Source: Elusimicrobiota bacterium
Lineage (GTDB): Bacteria; Elusimicrobiota; Elusimicrobia; Elusimicrobiales; UBA9959
Reading direction: 5' to 3'
Assembly: GCA_036574205.1 (NCBI GenBank)
Contig: JAINCQ010000020.1
Location: 19,688-83,687 of the forward strand
Length of the DNA stretch: 64,000 nucleotides
Part shown: piece by piece, positions 19,851 through 29,806 of the stretch
How the letters are laid out: every line of letters begins with the position of its first letter
Position numbering within the stretch: the first letter of the stretch is position 1
The notes under the pieces: generated by a model
Seen by the model: the letters and a program-made list of their open reading frames with translations, nothing else
Databases searched by the model: none
Told to the model about the DNA's origin: nothing
Program-made: the position numbers and the translations under genes

Positions 19851-20926
19851 TGGATATCGAAAAAATTAGGAATGAAATAAGAAAGAAGTTCTGGGGTGCT
19901 TTATTGCTTAAATTTTTAAGCTTCATATATTATTTTCTTTTTATTACAAAGAAAAAAGGACATGATATTGGATTATTGAAAGTCAATAAGTATTCAAAAC
20001 CAGTAATATGTGTTGGGAATATTTCATCAGGGGGAACAGGAAAAACAACTTTTGTTATATCCATTTCAAAAAAACTTTCTAATATAGGAATTAGACATAC
20101 AATAGTCTTGAGAGGATATAAAAGCGAATCTAAATATAATGATATAATTGATTTAAACGACACTAACTTTGATAGACTTATGTTAGATCCTGCTATAAGT
20201 GATGAAAGCAAATTAATAGCGCTTTCTTTAAAAGGGCTTGGGGTTCCGGTCATTTCATCCAAAAACAGAAAAAAGTCGATAGAATTTGCAATTCATAATT
20301 ACAATCCACAGCTAATTATAATGGACGATGGTTTCCAGAATTTTTCAATCAAAAAAGATTTAAGTATAGTTATAATAAATCTAAATATGATTGAAGATTT
20401 TTTGCTTCCTTTTGGAAATCTAAGGGAAAGTTATAACGGAATTAAAAGAGCAGACTTTATTATTTTAAATCATTGCGAGCTTTTTGAAAAAGACTTTATA
20501 AAAAAATCTGTGGAAAAGATTTCAAAGTATTCAAATAAAAAAATTATAGAAGCATTTTACAAGCCTTGGGGATTTCTGGATTTAATAAAAAACGAAAAAA
20601 TAATCCTTTCAAAATTCAAATGGAAAGAAGTTGCTATATTCTCTGGAATAGGTGATAATAGTCAGTTTAAAAAGTTGCTTGAAAAATATGGTTTTATTAT
20701 ATCAAAATCCTGGCAGTTTTCTGATCACCATAAATATTCTATTCAGGAATTAGAATCAATTAATAAAATAAGAGAATCTTTGCCGTTAATTACTACATTA
20801 AAAGATGCAGTTAAGTTTTATTCTCGTGCAAAAGAAATATTCAGAGAAAAGATCTATGCTCTGGATGTAGATATTGTAATTGATGACACCACTGTTATAT
20901 CAAAAATACAAGAAATATCAAAATGA
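19847..20926 (+). CDS. lpxK: Tetraacyldisaccharide 4'-kinase
   Basis: P-loop GNISSGGTGKT after an N-terminal membrane helix, DDGFQ motif, 359 aa. Confidence 0.8.
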   Translation: MMDIEKIRNEIRKKFWGALLLKFLSFIYYFLFITKKKGHDIGLLKVNKYSKPVICVGNISSGGTGKTTFVISISKKLSNIGIRHTIVLRGYKSESKYNDIIDLNDTNFDRLMLDPAISDESKLIALSLKGLGVPVISSKNRKKSIEFAIHNYNPQLIIMDDGFQNFSIKKDLSIVIINLNMIEDFLLPFGNLRESYNGIKRADFIILNHCELFEKDFIKKSVEKISKYSNKKIIEAFYKPWGFLDLIKNEKIILSKFKWKEVAIFSGIGDNSQFKKLLEKYGFIISKSWQFSDHHKYSIQELESINKIRESLPLITTLKDAVKFYSRAKEIFREKIYALDVDIVIDDTTVISKIQEISK

Positions 20927-21486
20927 AAATAATATACCTGCCTTCAAAAATTTTAAAACCTTCCATATTCCTGGATAGAGATGGTGTAATAAACAAAGAT
21001 GTTGAAGGAAAATATATAACTTCTATAAAAGATGTTAAGATATACAAATCTGCGATAGAGGGTTTGAAAAAAATCAACCTTGATAAATATCATCTAATAA
21101 TAATTACAAACCAATCAGCTATAAATAGGGGGCTTATAGATTTAAAGCAGTTTAAAAAGATAAGCGATTATATAATTGAAGAACTTAACAAGCACAATAT
21201 TAAAATAAATGCTGTTTATTTTTGCCCGCACAGGCCAGAGGAAAATTGTAAATGTAGAAAGCCCAAAACTGGACTTATTGAGGAAGCTATTTTGGATTAC
21301 AAGATAGATATTAAGAAATCTTTTTTTGTTGGAGATAAAAAAACAGATATTGATACGGCAAAATCAGCGGGGATAAAATCAATATTTGTTGGGACGGGGC
21401 AGGCAAAAAATCAGAGATTAAAATACAAAAAAATAGAAGCTGATATCACAATAAAAGATTTAAGAGAACTTAAGAAATATGTTTAA
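20923..21486 (+). CDS. gmhB: D-glycero-D-manno-heptose 1,7-bisphosphate phosphatase (HAD-IIIA)
   Basis: FLDRDGVIN nucleophile motif, Zn-site CPHRPEENCKCRKP and GDKKTD. Confidence 0.85.
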   Translation: MKIIYLPSKILKPSIFLDRDGVINKDVEGKYITSIKDVKIYKSAIEGLKKINLDKYHLIIITNQSAINRGLIDLKQFKKISDYIIEELNKHNIKINAVYFCPHRPEENCKCRKPKTGLIEEAILDYKIDIKKSFFVGDKKTDIDTAKSAGIKSIFVGTGQAKNQRLKYKKIEADITIKDLRELKKYV

Positions 21487-22258
21487 AATATTTTTAATAA
21501 TTTCCTCTTTCTTAAATTCCTTTGAAAATCCTTTTGATTTTTATAAAAAAGTTAATACCGATACATGTGATCTTTGCGGAACGACCTATCATTATGAAAT
21601 ATACTGGGGGTTTATAAATGTTGGATCTGCTAAAATAGAAATCGATTCAATCGTTGAAATTTCAACAACAAGTTATGCCTATAAAATAATAGCCACAGCA
21701 CATTCAAATTCTTTCATAGATGGAATTTTTAAAGTGAGGGATACGAATATAGCGTTTCTTGACATCTTGCTTAAAAAATCATATGGATATTACAAAGATA
21801 TAAATGAGGGAAATTATTTTTTAAAAGAATATACTTTTTTTGACTATAATCAAAAAAAGTTTTACGGAGAAAAATCTATAAACAAAAAAGAACCCAAAAA
21901 GCATTCTGGTGATATTTTTGAATCTGTATACGATGTTCTTTCATCTTTGTTTCTTTATATAGGCACAAAAGACGAGATAAAAAAGGAAAGAAGCATAAAC
22001 ATAATAACAACAAAGCCATGGACACTTAAGGTTATAAATCACGGTATAGAAATTGTAAAAACGGAAATGGGAAAATTTAATACTTACAAACTTGAGCCAA
22101 AGGTTGGAGAAGAAGGAATTTTTATGTCAAAAAAAGGAAGAAGCCTTTATGTTTATATATCAAAAAATGAAAGATTTCCAGTTCTACTTAAAGCCGAAGT
22201 TTTTATAGGAAGCGTTTCTGCAAAACTTGTCAAAATTGATAAAAAAGAAAAAAGATGA
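21479..22258 (+). CDS. DUF3108-like exported protein
   Basis: N-terminal hydrophobic segment and a beta-rich body with a YEIYWGFINVGSAKIEI pattern reminiscent of DUF3108. Weak, memory-based assignment. Confidence 0.4.
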   Translation: MFKIFLIISSFLNSFENPFDFYKKVNTDTCDLCGTTYHYEIYWGFINVGSAKIEIDSIVEISTTSYAYKIIATAHSNSFIDGIFKVRDTNIAFLDILLKKSYGYYKDINEGNYFLKEYTFFDYNQKKFYGEKSINKKEPKKHSGDIFESVYDVLSSLFLYIGTKDEIKKERSINIITTKPWTLKVINHGIEIVKTEMGKFNTYKLEPKVGEEGIFMSKKGRSLYVYISKNERFPVLLKAEVFIGSVSAKLVKIDKKEKR

Positions 22259-22292
22259 GAAGAACGGTCTTTTTTGCTATAATAATTTTATA

Positions 22293-22817
22293 ATGAAACT
22301 AAAGTTAGTTTTGCTGTTGAATATAGTGTTTTTTGTTCAAATCCCCTGTTATGCTTTTTTAATCTCCCCTTCATATAAAGTAACAAACATATCTACATAT
22401 AATACTCCAAACTCAGAATATAAAATTTCCTACAGTTACAGGCTTTTTGGCAATATAATTGGAACAGGATATGAAGGATTTAGCGGAGCAACTATAAATC
22501 TTTATCCTGAAGTCTTAGGTCTTTCCAGAGGTCCGGAGGTTACGGTTGAAAAAGCTTATGCTTTTCCAAATCCATGCAACCTGAGATATGGTTGCAATGG
22601 AGTAGCTTTTACAAAATTAACTCTTATTTGTGAAATACGCATATTTACTATCTCAGGGGAGCATGTTGCAACAATAAATAAAAATTCCAACAATGAAAGT
22701 ATAAGCTGGGATCTGAAAGATAAAAATGGCAAAATAGTTTCAAGTGGACTTTATATATTCTATATAAAAGATAATGGAGGAAATACAAGAAAAGGAAAAT
22801 TGGTAATTATAAGATGA
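22293..22817 (+). CDS. Small secreted protein with C-terminal FlgD-Ig / T9SS-C-terminal-sorting-like beta-sandwich domain
   Basis: Signal peptide MKLKLVLLLNIVFFVQIPCYAF. The C-terminus AYAFPNP...IRIFTISGEHVATI...WDLKDKNGKIVSSGLYIFYIK...KGKLVIIR matches the FlgD_ig/Por_Secre_tail pattern. I prefer ATG 22293 over the track start 22227. Confidence 0.55.
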   Translation: MKLKLVLLLNIVFFVQIPCYAFLISPSYKVTNISTYNTPNSEYKISYSYRLFGNIIGTGYEGFSGATINLYPEVLGLSRGPEVTVEKAYAFPNPCNLRYGCNGVAFTKLTLICEIRIFTISGEHVATINKNSNNESISWDLKDKNGKIVSSGLYIFYIKDNGGNTRKGKLVIIR

Positions 22818-25800
22818 AATCTTTAAATAATATTTGTGGAGGACATATGCTTTTTAGATTAATTTTATTTTTATTCTTTTTTATTCCAGCAATAAAATCA
22901 TTTTCAGGAGAAATCAAATCCGGTTCGGTTCCAAACTCAATAGTTTATCAGGGTAGGGTTGAAAAAGATAATGCGCCTTTAAATGGGCTTATGCATATAA
23001 TATTTAGAATATACGAATACCCAAGTGGAGGAACACCAGTATGGACAAGTAGTGAATATTTAACTGAAGCAAGAGCAGGTATATTTTCAGTTACAATAAG
23101 CTCAATACCAATTTCTATTTTTTCTAATGGAAAAACTCTTTATTTAGAAGTGGAGATAGAAGGCGAAAAGCTTTCACCAAGAGAGCCAATAAATAGTGTT
23201 ATATACTCAATGGTTGCTAAAAAACTTGAAGATGGGGCATTTGTTCATTTTAGCTCTTTTACTGTTGGAACAAACCCAAATGCAATAGGCCCTTCAGGTC
23301 AAAGAGCAATAATACTGGATGGGGGAATATATACAGACAGGATATGCTTCACGGATAATAGTTGTATATCTACAGTCGGAGGATCATCGGCAGTTAATGA
23401 GGTATTCTCATCGACAACCGTTTATTTACGATCTGATAGCGACAACAATGGAAGTGGGGATATAATTTTTCAAACAGCTACAACACCTAAAGCTATAATA
23501 ACAAACTCAGGTAATATGGGAATAGGGACAACTACACCTTCTGAAAAACTTGTAGTAAATGGAAGCGCTACAATAACAAATAACCTCATAATTGGCGAAA
23601 ATCTCTATTTATCTGGAAATTTTAACAATGGAATAATAAGAGGAATAAATAATGAACAAATAAGTATTGGACAAAGTAATGATAGAATAGATTTTATTAT
23701 AAATGGTTCAACTCAAATAACTGTAAATAATGATAGACTTGGTATAGGAACGCCAAACCCATCTGAAAAACTTGATGTTAACGGCAATATAAAGGCGCAA
23801 GACATAACCGCAAATAACCTCATAGTTTCAAACGAAATAAAAAACAATACTGGAAATCTTATAATTCAAAAAACTGTTTTATCAAATGTTGGTATAGGAA
23901 CTGATACCCCAAAAGAAAAACTTCATGTTGCTGGAACGATTAAAGCAGACCTTGGAATATCAGCAGCCACAGCTACCTTCACTTCAGATGTTAATATTTT
24001 AGGCAATTTAAATGTAAGCAATTTTGGAAGGACTATTACTCTTTCATCTACCACAATTTATGGAACTCTTGATGTAAAAGGTGGATTTACTTTAAATAAT
24101 GATAATATAGCAGCTTTAGCATCAACTCAAACCTTTACTGCTCAAAATACTTTTTTAAATCAACTTACAATTTCAAGCCATGTTTTAATAAATAATTTTT
24201 CAAGGCTTGCAGTTGGTTCCCAGAGTTTTATATATCCCATGTCAACCTATCTTCAGATAGGGGACTCAAATCTAACCTCTTCAACTGCAACTCTATATAT
24301 GTCAGCAGGAGCAAATTCAAACGGCAATATAATTTTTTATAGGGGATCAAATAAAGTGGCTTCTATTAAAACATCCGGAAATAATTTAAATATTACATAT
24401 GGAAACTCTGATATACAAAAAACTTATATAGATGAGTCACATTTTAAAATTTATAATTCTACTGTTATAATTTCTCCATCAACTGATGATTTAAACCCTG
24501 CAATTTATGTAAGTGGAAATTCAAACGTAGGTATAGGAACTACTAACGCAAATCACAAACTTACTGTTGCCGGAAATATCAAATTAACTGGAGTTGGAAC
24601 TGGAATAATTTTTAATGATGGTACAATACTTACATCAAGCGGTTCTCTATCTGTTGGAGCGATATCAAATACAGGTGATGCGGTCATAGTTGCTGACTCA
24701 GACAATAATGGTTATGGTTCTATAGTGATGAAAGTAAAAGATAACACAGCAATGGCAATAGATAATACGGCAAAAATAGGAATAGGGACTCTTTCTCCTT
24801 CCGATAAACTTCAAGTTATAGGTGGAGATGTTGTTATAGGAAACACATTAAATCCCTATTCTCAGGACGGCAAAGAAGACCTTATAGTCGCCGGGAATAT
24901 AGAAGTTGATGGGATGTTAAAACAAAGATCTTCAATACCAGTTGAGTTTACCTCATTATATGTATCCAATGATGTATTTCTTTCAACTGCTTCAGGATAT
25001 AGAACAGGGATAGGGACCATTTCTCCGTCTGAAAAATTGGATGTGAATGGAAATATAAGAGCAACTGGAAACATAAAAATAGAAGGGTTAAGCGCAAGTA
25101 GAATAGTTGCAACTGATGGATTTAAGATTCTTTCAAGTTCTATAACAGCTGATAACCTTAGAAGTTCGGTTTCAGGCACAACGGGGACTGGCAATCTCGT
25201 TTTTAATACTGTCCCTTCCTTTACAACAGGAATAACTGTAAATGGATATGGAAACTTTACAGGAATCACTGCCTCAAGCGGAACATTCACTGCCACAGGT
25301 CAATATAGTATTCAAAGTTCATCTGGAATTTTAATTTCAGCCGGAACAGTCAATCTAAACAATACTGCAAGAATAAAAAATTCACCTGAGCCACTTGAAA
25401 ATCAGGATGTTGCGACAAAATATTATGTAGATCAAATTGGTGGGGGAGCAAGCGATGTAGGAGCATGGGTCAAAACTGGAAATAATCTTGGAACATATAA
25501 TAAATTAGGGAGCACAAACCCAAAAGATGTTGTTTTTATAAGAAACAACTCGACTCAATTTACTATGACAGCTTCTGGTGTAAATTTTTCTGTACCAATT
25601 TTATCAGGATATTCTATTACTGCCTCAAGTGGAACATTTACAGCCACTGGTCAATATAGTATTCAAACTTCATCTGGGATTTTAATTTCAGCCGGGACAG
25701 TCAATCTAAACAATACTACAAGAATAAAAAATTCACCTGATCCACTGGAAAATCAGGATGTTGCGACAAAATATTATGTAGATCAAATTGGCGGGGGAGC

Positions 25801-27031
25801 AAGCGATGTAGGAGCATGGGTCAAAACTGGAAATTCTCTTGGAATATATAACAAATTAGGAAGTACAAACTCAAAAGATGTTATTTTTATAAGGGACGAC
25901 ATAACTCAATTTAGTATGACAGCTTCTGGTGTAAATTTTTCTGTACCAATTTTATCAGGATATTCTATTACTGCCTCAAGTGGAACATTTAGCTCTGGAA
26001 TACAGGTAAATAGTGGAAAAATAGTAACTCCTGCTTTTCAAATGACTACTGGCGCCTCAGACGGATACTTTTTGGTATCAGATGGAGCTGGTAATGCTAT
26101 ATGGAAAGACGCAACCAGTGCAGGGTTGGGTGATAAAGTAGTTGGAAATGAAGTACTTGATTCTTATGATAGCTCTTTAACAAGGACAGGTAGTGGAACA
26201 TCTCTATCTCCATATAAATTAAAACTTAATCTTTCAAATCCAAATACATGGACCGCCACTCAAACTTTTAACAAGGGAATTACTGCTTCAACAATTACTG
26301 TCTCAGGATTTTCAACTGCTGGTTTTGTCAAAAATGATGCAAGTGGAAATTTAAGCGGTGGAAATTCAATTTCCGCCACAGATATCCCAAGAAGTAGTCT
26401 TGTTAATGGTACAGGCATAAGTATGACTGGAACTTTAACAAATAGACTTGTAGGTTCTGAAGGTAATGTTACTATAAATGTAGCAGCAAATGTTCCCACT
26501 TCTGTTACTAATGATACAAATGTAACTGGTTCTATAACAAGTAACGTTTTAACTTTGGGGTGGGCAGGACAACTTGGATTAAGTAGAGGTGGAACAGGTG
26601 CTGATTTAAGCGGTGCTGCAGACGGTCCTATTAAAAAATCTGGATCGTCTTTAGGAGTTTATGCTATAAGTCTTTCAACAGATGTGGTTGGAACCCTCCC
26701 AGCTTTAAAAGGCGGAACTGGAATAAGCGGAGCAGGTGGAACTGCAAATAGAATTTTATTAACTACTAATGGCTCAAGTTGGTCGGCAGGACAAATTAAT
26801 TTAAATTCAGATCAAGTCACCAATACTCTACCGGTTTCTAAAGGCGGAACTGGAAGCACATCTTATACAACAAACCGGCCAATAATTTATAATGGCACAA
26901 ATTTAGTTTCATTCAACGGTTTTAATGGAAGTTTTACCGTTGCAAAATCAACTAATCCAGCTGCCGGTTGTATGCAATTAAATTACCAATATGGCATATT
27001 AACTTCAACCGATAGTGTTTCATGCCCATAA
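22814..27031 (+). CDS. Giant secreted repeat protein with tail-fibre-like motifs (putative cell-surface fibre/adhesin)
   Basis: 1405 aa with a signal-like N-terminus (LFRLILFLFFFIPAIKSFSG). It carries six GIGTxxPxxKLxVxG motifs, two NSP(E/D)PLENQDVATKYYVDQ motifs and three xxGGTGx motifs near the C-terminus. It is Thr/Ser/Gly/Asn-rich, and its start overlaps the previous stop (ATGA). Confidence 0.7.
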   Translation: MKSLNNICGGHMLFRLILFLFFFIPAIKSFSGEIKSGSVPNSIVYQGRVEKDNAPLNGLMHIIFRIYEYPSGGTPVWTSSEYLTEARAGIFSVTISSIPISIFSNGKTLYLEVEIEGEKLSPREPINSVIYSMVAKKLEDGAFVHFSSFTVGTNPNAIGPSGQRAIILDGGIYTDRICFTDNSCISTVGGSSAVNEVFSSTTVYLRSDSDNNGSGDIIFQTATTPKAIITNSGNMGIGTTTPSEKLVVNGSATITNNLIIGENLYLSGNFNNGIIRGINNEQISIGQSNDRIDFIINGSTQITVNNDRLGIGTPNPSEKLDVNGNIKAQDITANNLIVSNEIKNNTGNLIIQKTVLSNVGIGTDTPKEKLHVAGTIKADLGISAATATFTSDVNILGNLNVSNFGRTITLSSTTIYGTLDVKGGFTLNNDNIAALASTQTFTAQNTFLNQLTISSHVLINNFSRLAVGSQSFIYPMSTYLQIGDSNLTSSTATLYMSAGANSNGNIIFYRGSNKVASIKTSGNNLNITYGNSDIQKTYIDESHFKIYNSTVIISPSTDDLNPAIYVSGNSNVGIGTTNANHKLTVAGNIKLTGVGTGIIFNDGTILTSSGSLSVGAISNTGDAVIVADSDNNGYGSIVMKVKDNTAMAIDNTAKIGIGTLSPSDKLQVIGGDVVIGNTLNPYSQDGKEDLIVAGNIEVDGMLKQRSSIPVEFTSLYVSNDVFLSTASGYRTGIGTISPSEKLDVNGNIRATGNIKIEGLSASRIVATDGFKILSSSITADNLRSSVSGTTGTGNLVFNTVPSFTTGITVNGYGNFTGITASSGTFTATGQYSIQSSSGILISAGTVNLNNTARIKNSPEPLENQDVATKYYVDQIGGGASDVGAWVKTGNNLGTYNKLGSTNPKDVVFIRNNSTQFTMTASGVNFSVPILSGYSITASSGTFTATGQYSIQTSSGILISAGTVNLNNTTRIKNSPDPLENQDVATKYYVDQIGGGASDVGAWVKTGNSLGIYNKLGSTNSKDVIFIRDDITQFSMTASGVNFSVPILSGYSITASSGTFSSGIQVNSGKIVTPAFQMTTGASDGYFLVSDGAGNAIWKDATSAGLGDKVVGNEVLDSYDSSLTRTGSGTSLSPYKLKLNLSNPNTWTATQTFNKGITASTITVSGFSTAGFVKNDASGNLSGGNSISATDIPRSSLVNGTGISMTGTLTNRLVGSEGNVTINVAANVPTSVTNDTNVTGSITSNVLTLGWAGQLGLSRGGTGADLSGAADGPIKKSGSSLGVYAISLSTDVVGTLPALKGGTGISGAGGTANRILLTTNGSSWSAGQINLNSDQVTNTLPVSKGGTGSTSYTTNRPIIYNGTNLVSFNGFNGSFTVAKSTNPAAGCMQLNYQYGILTSTDSVSCP
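23519..25051 (+). repeat. Six dispersed intragenic copies of the GIGTxxPxxKLxVxG motif
   Basis: MGIGTTTPSEKLVVNG, LGIGTPNPSEKLDVNG, VGIGTDTPKEKLHVAG, VGIGTTNANHKLTVAG, IGIGTLSPSDKLQVIG and TGIGTISPSEKLDVNG, read from the translation. Confidence 0.8.
25270..25995 (+). repeat. Intragenic tandem duplication, period 351 bp (117 aa), two full copies plus the start of a third
   Basis: TGCCTCAAG recurs at 25270, 25621 and 25972. The copies align without indels, with roughly two dozen substitutions by eye. Confidence 0.9.
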
Positions 27032-27032
27032 A

Positions 27033-28298
27033 TTAAATTTTAAATATTTCCTTAATTATTTTATCTGTTGCGCCTTTAAGAGACAAAAGCGCTTTATTGG
27101 AATTTAAAGACGCAGTAATAAGATATTTTTCTGATAAAAGAACTTCTATTCTTGATTTTAAATCATATTCATCTTTTACAACAAATCCTCCCTTATATTC
27201 TATGAGTCTTTGGGCAGCTTCTTTCTGGTTAAAATAATTTGGTCCAAAAAGAACTGGCTTTGAAAAGATTGATGGCTCAAGAAGGTTATGCCCACCGATT
27301 TTATTAAGAGTTCCTCCAACAAAACATATACAGGATAAAAAATAAAATTTTAATAGAACACCTATTTTATCCACTATCAAAATTTGAGTATCAAATAAAT
27401 TTATCTTTTCCTCATTGCTTTCGCCAATATCAGAAAATTTCAAATATTTTAATCCAATTTTTTTTATCTTTTCTTCAAAGAAACGAGTTTTTTCCACATG
27501 TCTTGGAACAATTATATATTTTATATTTTCCTTATCATAAATAAGGTCATAGCTCTTAAGTATTATATCTAACTCTTCTAAATGAATACTTCCGAAGGTT
27601 ATTAACTTTTTTTTATCAAAACCTATTTTACTTAGCAAAAATTTTATATCGTCTGCATCTGATGTTTTAACATATACATCATATTTTGTGTTACCACTAA
27701 CATATATTTTTTCTTTATCTATAAAATGGGAAAACCTTTTAGCGCTTTCCTCATTTTGAACAAATATCTTCAAAGCTTTCTTAAATGAATATTTTAAAAG
27801 AGGAGATATGATTTTATACAGAGTAAAAGAGTTTTCTGAAATTTTTGCATTTATATAATAAAGTTTTGACCTTTCAGAGCATACTTTAACAAAACTTGGC
27901 CATAACTCAGTCTCAGCTATAAATATAAAATCTGGATTTACCTTTTTTACAAATTTTTTGATAACTGGATAAAAATCAAAAGGTATTATAAAAGCATTTT
28001 CAGTTATCTGTTTTGCTGCCAAAAGTGCTGTTTCTGTAAAAGTAGTTATGACTATGGTATAGTTGGGGAATGAGTTTTTAAAAAATTCTATAATGGACTT
28101 TATCGCATTTATCTCACCTATAGAAGAGCAATGAAAAAGGACCGTTTTATTTTTGAAAGCTTTGATCTCTGGAAAAATTCTTTTAATCCAGTATTTAAAA
28201 GTAAATGATTTTGTTCTTATAACTATAACTAACGGAAATGAGATAATAATAAAAAAAGGAATGAGGGTATTATAAAATAAAAACAAAAGAAAGCCCAT
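27033..28298 (-). CDS. waaA: 3-deoxy-D-manno-octulosonic acid (Kdo) transferase
   Basis: 421 aa with an N-terminal membrane anchor, the FHCSSIGE motif and a GT30-like C-terminal half (VGGTLNKIGGHNLLEP). Confidence 0.85.
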   Translation of the reverse strand: MGFLLFLFYNTLIPFFIIISFPLVIVIRTKSFTFKYWIKRIFPEIKAFKNKTVLFHCSSIGEINAIKSIIEFFKNSFPNYTIVITTFTETALLAAKQITENAFIIPFDFYPVIKKFVKKVNPDFIFIAETELWPSFVKVCSERSKLYYINAKISENSFTLYKIISPLLKYSFKKALKIFVQNEESAKRFSHFIDKEKIYVSGNTKYDVYVKTSDADDIKFLLSKIGFDKKKLITFGSIHLEELDIILKSYDLIYDKENIKYIIVPRHVEKTRFFEEKIKKIGLKYLKFSDIGESNEEKINLFDTQILIVDKIGVLLKFYFLSCICFVGGTLNKIGGHNLLEPSIFSKPVLFGPNYFNQKEAAQRLIEYKGGFVVKDEYDLKSRIEVLLSEKYLITASLNSNKALLSLKGATDKIIKEIFKI

Positions 28299-28910
28299 TT
28301 ATTTTTTCTTCTTTGTAACCCATTTAAGATAAAAAAAACGGGTATATAAAGGTTTAAAAGAATCGTTTTCAAAAAAAACTGAAATTTTATTAGATAAAAG
28401 TCTTTCAGAAAGTTCTTTAAGAGGAAATTCAACTAATTTTTTTCCATCAACATAGAGATAAACGGGGTCTGATACTTCAAAATTTTCTTTTTTTGATTCT
28501 TCAGCTACCATTTCACAAACAGACTTTACTGCCGTGTTAGAATAAACATCCATAATAATTTTTGAAACTGCTAATTCAAAATCTTCAAGTAACGCCATTT
28601 TTTGCTCTATATCAGATCCCATAGTTATTATTACAAATGAATAAATATTACAACCCTTTGTGTCCAAAGAGGAAATTATGTCTTTTCCAAAAAGTTTCTC
28701 CATCTCTATCATTTCTATTGTGTCATAAACAGCTGATGGAGATAAGTATGATACAAAGTTTGAAACATATTCTTTGAAATTTTTTTCATAATTTTCTTTG
28801 CCGCCAAATAATTCAATAGCATCTATCCCTTCTTTCTTTGATTTTCTCTCTATATCATAATAATAAATTGGTATTTTAAAATTTTTTACCTTTCTCATTT
28901 TTTTCAACAA
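28299..28910 (-). CDS. Hypothetical cytoplasmic protein
   Basis: 203 aa with no TM helix or signal and no motif I recognise. It is tightly packed between secF and waaA, with its stop adjacent to the waaA start. Confidence 0.5.
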   Translation of the reverse strand: MLKKMRKVKNFKIPIYYYDIERKSKKEGIDAIELFGGKENYEKNFKEYVSNFVSYLSPSAVYDTIEMIEMEKLFGKDIISSLDTKGCNIYSFVIITMGSDIEQKMALLEDFELAVSKIIMDVYSNTAVKSVCEMVAEESKKENFEVSDPVYLYVDGKKLVEFPLKELSERLLSNKISVFFENDSFKPLYTRFFYLKWVTKKKK

Positions 28911-28924
28911 CTACTATTTTAGGA

Positions 28925-29797
28925 TTAGTCCTTTTGCCACTGGTATGTAAGAGTGGTTGCTATAGCAACAGTTGAGTAAACTCCAGAAATAGTTCCTATA
29001 AGCATACAAAAAGCAAAATCATTTATAGCTGATCCACCCATCAAATATAAAAATAATAGAACACCAAAAACTGTTACGGAAGTAATTATGGTCCTTGAAA
29101 GGGTTTCATTTATACTTGTGTTTATTATTTCACCAAGCGGCATTTTCGGAAATTTTCTAATATTTTCTCTCATCCTGTCAAATATAACTATAGTGTCGTT
29201 TATGGAATATCCTGCTATAGTCAACAGTGCCGCCACTATAACAAGATCAATCTCTCTGTTCGTAATGGACATTGCTGCAATAGCGACTAAAACATCATGC
29301 AACAAGGCTATAACTCCTGTTATGCCCCATACTGGATTTGTAAATCTAAAAGCTATATAAACTATTATTCCAAACATAGAAAGTATAATTGCAAATATAG
29401 CTTTTCTTGCAAGTTCTTTTCCAACAACAGGACCAACAAAATCTCTTTTCTCTTCAATAAACTTAAGGGCTTTAGAATTTAAAATATCTATTATTTTATT
29501 GGCATATTCATTAACATTTTCCTGTTTGCCTTTAACCATTATCCCAAAAGAATTATCATAGCTTCTTATCTGACAGTCAATCCCTCCTTCTTTAAGTATT
29601 TTCCTTAATGTTCCTATATCTATTTTTTCTTCAAACTTAAGTTGTAACATCGTTCCACCGACAAAATCAAGTCCAAGGTTAATACCTTTCAGATATATTG
29701 AGATAAACCCACTTATTATTACAATAATAGAAATAGCAAAAAAATAATATCTTTTACTGATGAAATTTATGTTAGTTTTTGGAATAATTTTAATCAT
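28925..29797 (-). CDS. secF: Protein translocase subunit SecF
   Basis: 290 aa, 6-TM SecF pattern with YSINDTIVIFDRMREN. Confidence 0.9.
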   Translation of the reverse strand: MIKIIPKTNINFISKRYYFFAISIIVIISGFISIYLKGINLGLDFVGGTMLQLKFEEKIDIGTLRKILKEGGIDCQIRSYDNSFGIMVKGKQENVNEYANKIIDILNSKALKFIEEKRDFVGPVVGKELARKAIFAIILSMFGIIVYIAFRFTNPVWGITGVIALLHDVLVAIAAMSITNREIDLVIVAALLTIAGYSINDTIVIFDRMRENIRKFPKMPLGEIINTSINETLSRTIITSVTVFGVLLFLYLMGGSAINDFAFCMLIGTISGVYSTVAIATTLTYQWQKD

Positions 29798-29806
29798 AAA
29801 ATCCTC

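Noticed and set aside
25270-25995. The 351-bp near-identical modules as a diversity-generating retroelement template/variable repeat pair.
   Set aside because: The substitutions between copies involve all four bases and are not adenine-specific. Both copies are in frame within the same ORF, and no reverse transcriptase is present in the window.
21479-27031. The fibre gene region as a prophage remnant.
   Set aside because: There are no capsid, portal, terminase, tail-tube, baseplate, lysis or integrase genes. The flanking genes are LPS biosynthesis genes with overlapping stop/start codons, and the composition matches the rest of the window.
27029-27035. The abutting convergent stops of the fibre gene and waaA (1-nt gap) as a regulatory or bidirectional terminator site.
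   Set aside because: There is no hairpin or T-run at the junction. I noted it only as evidence of extreme gene packing.
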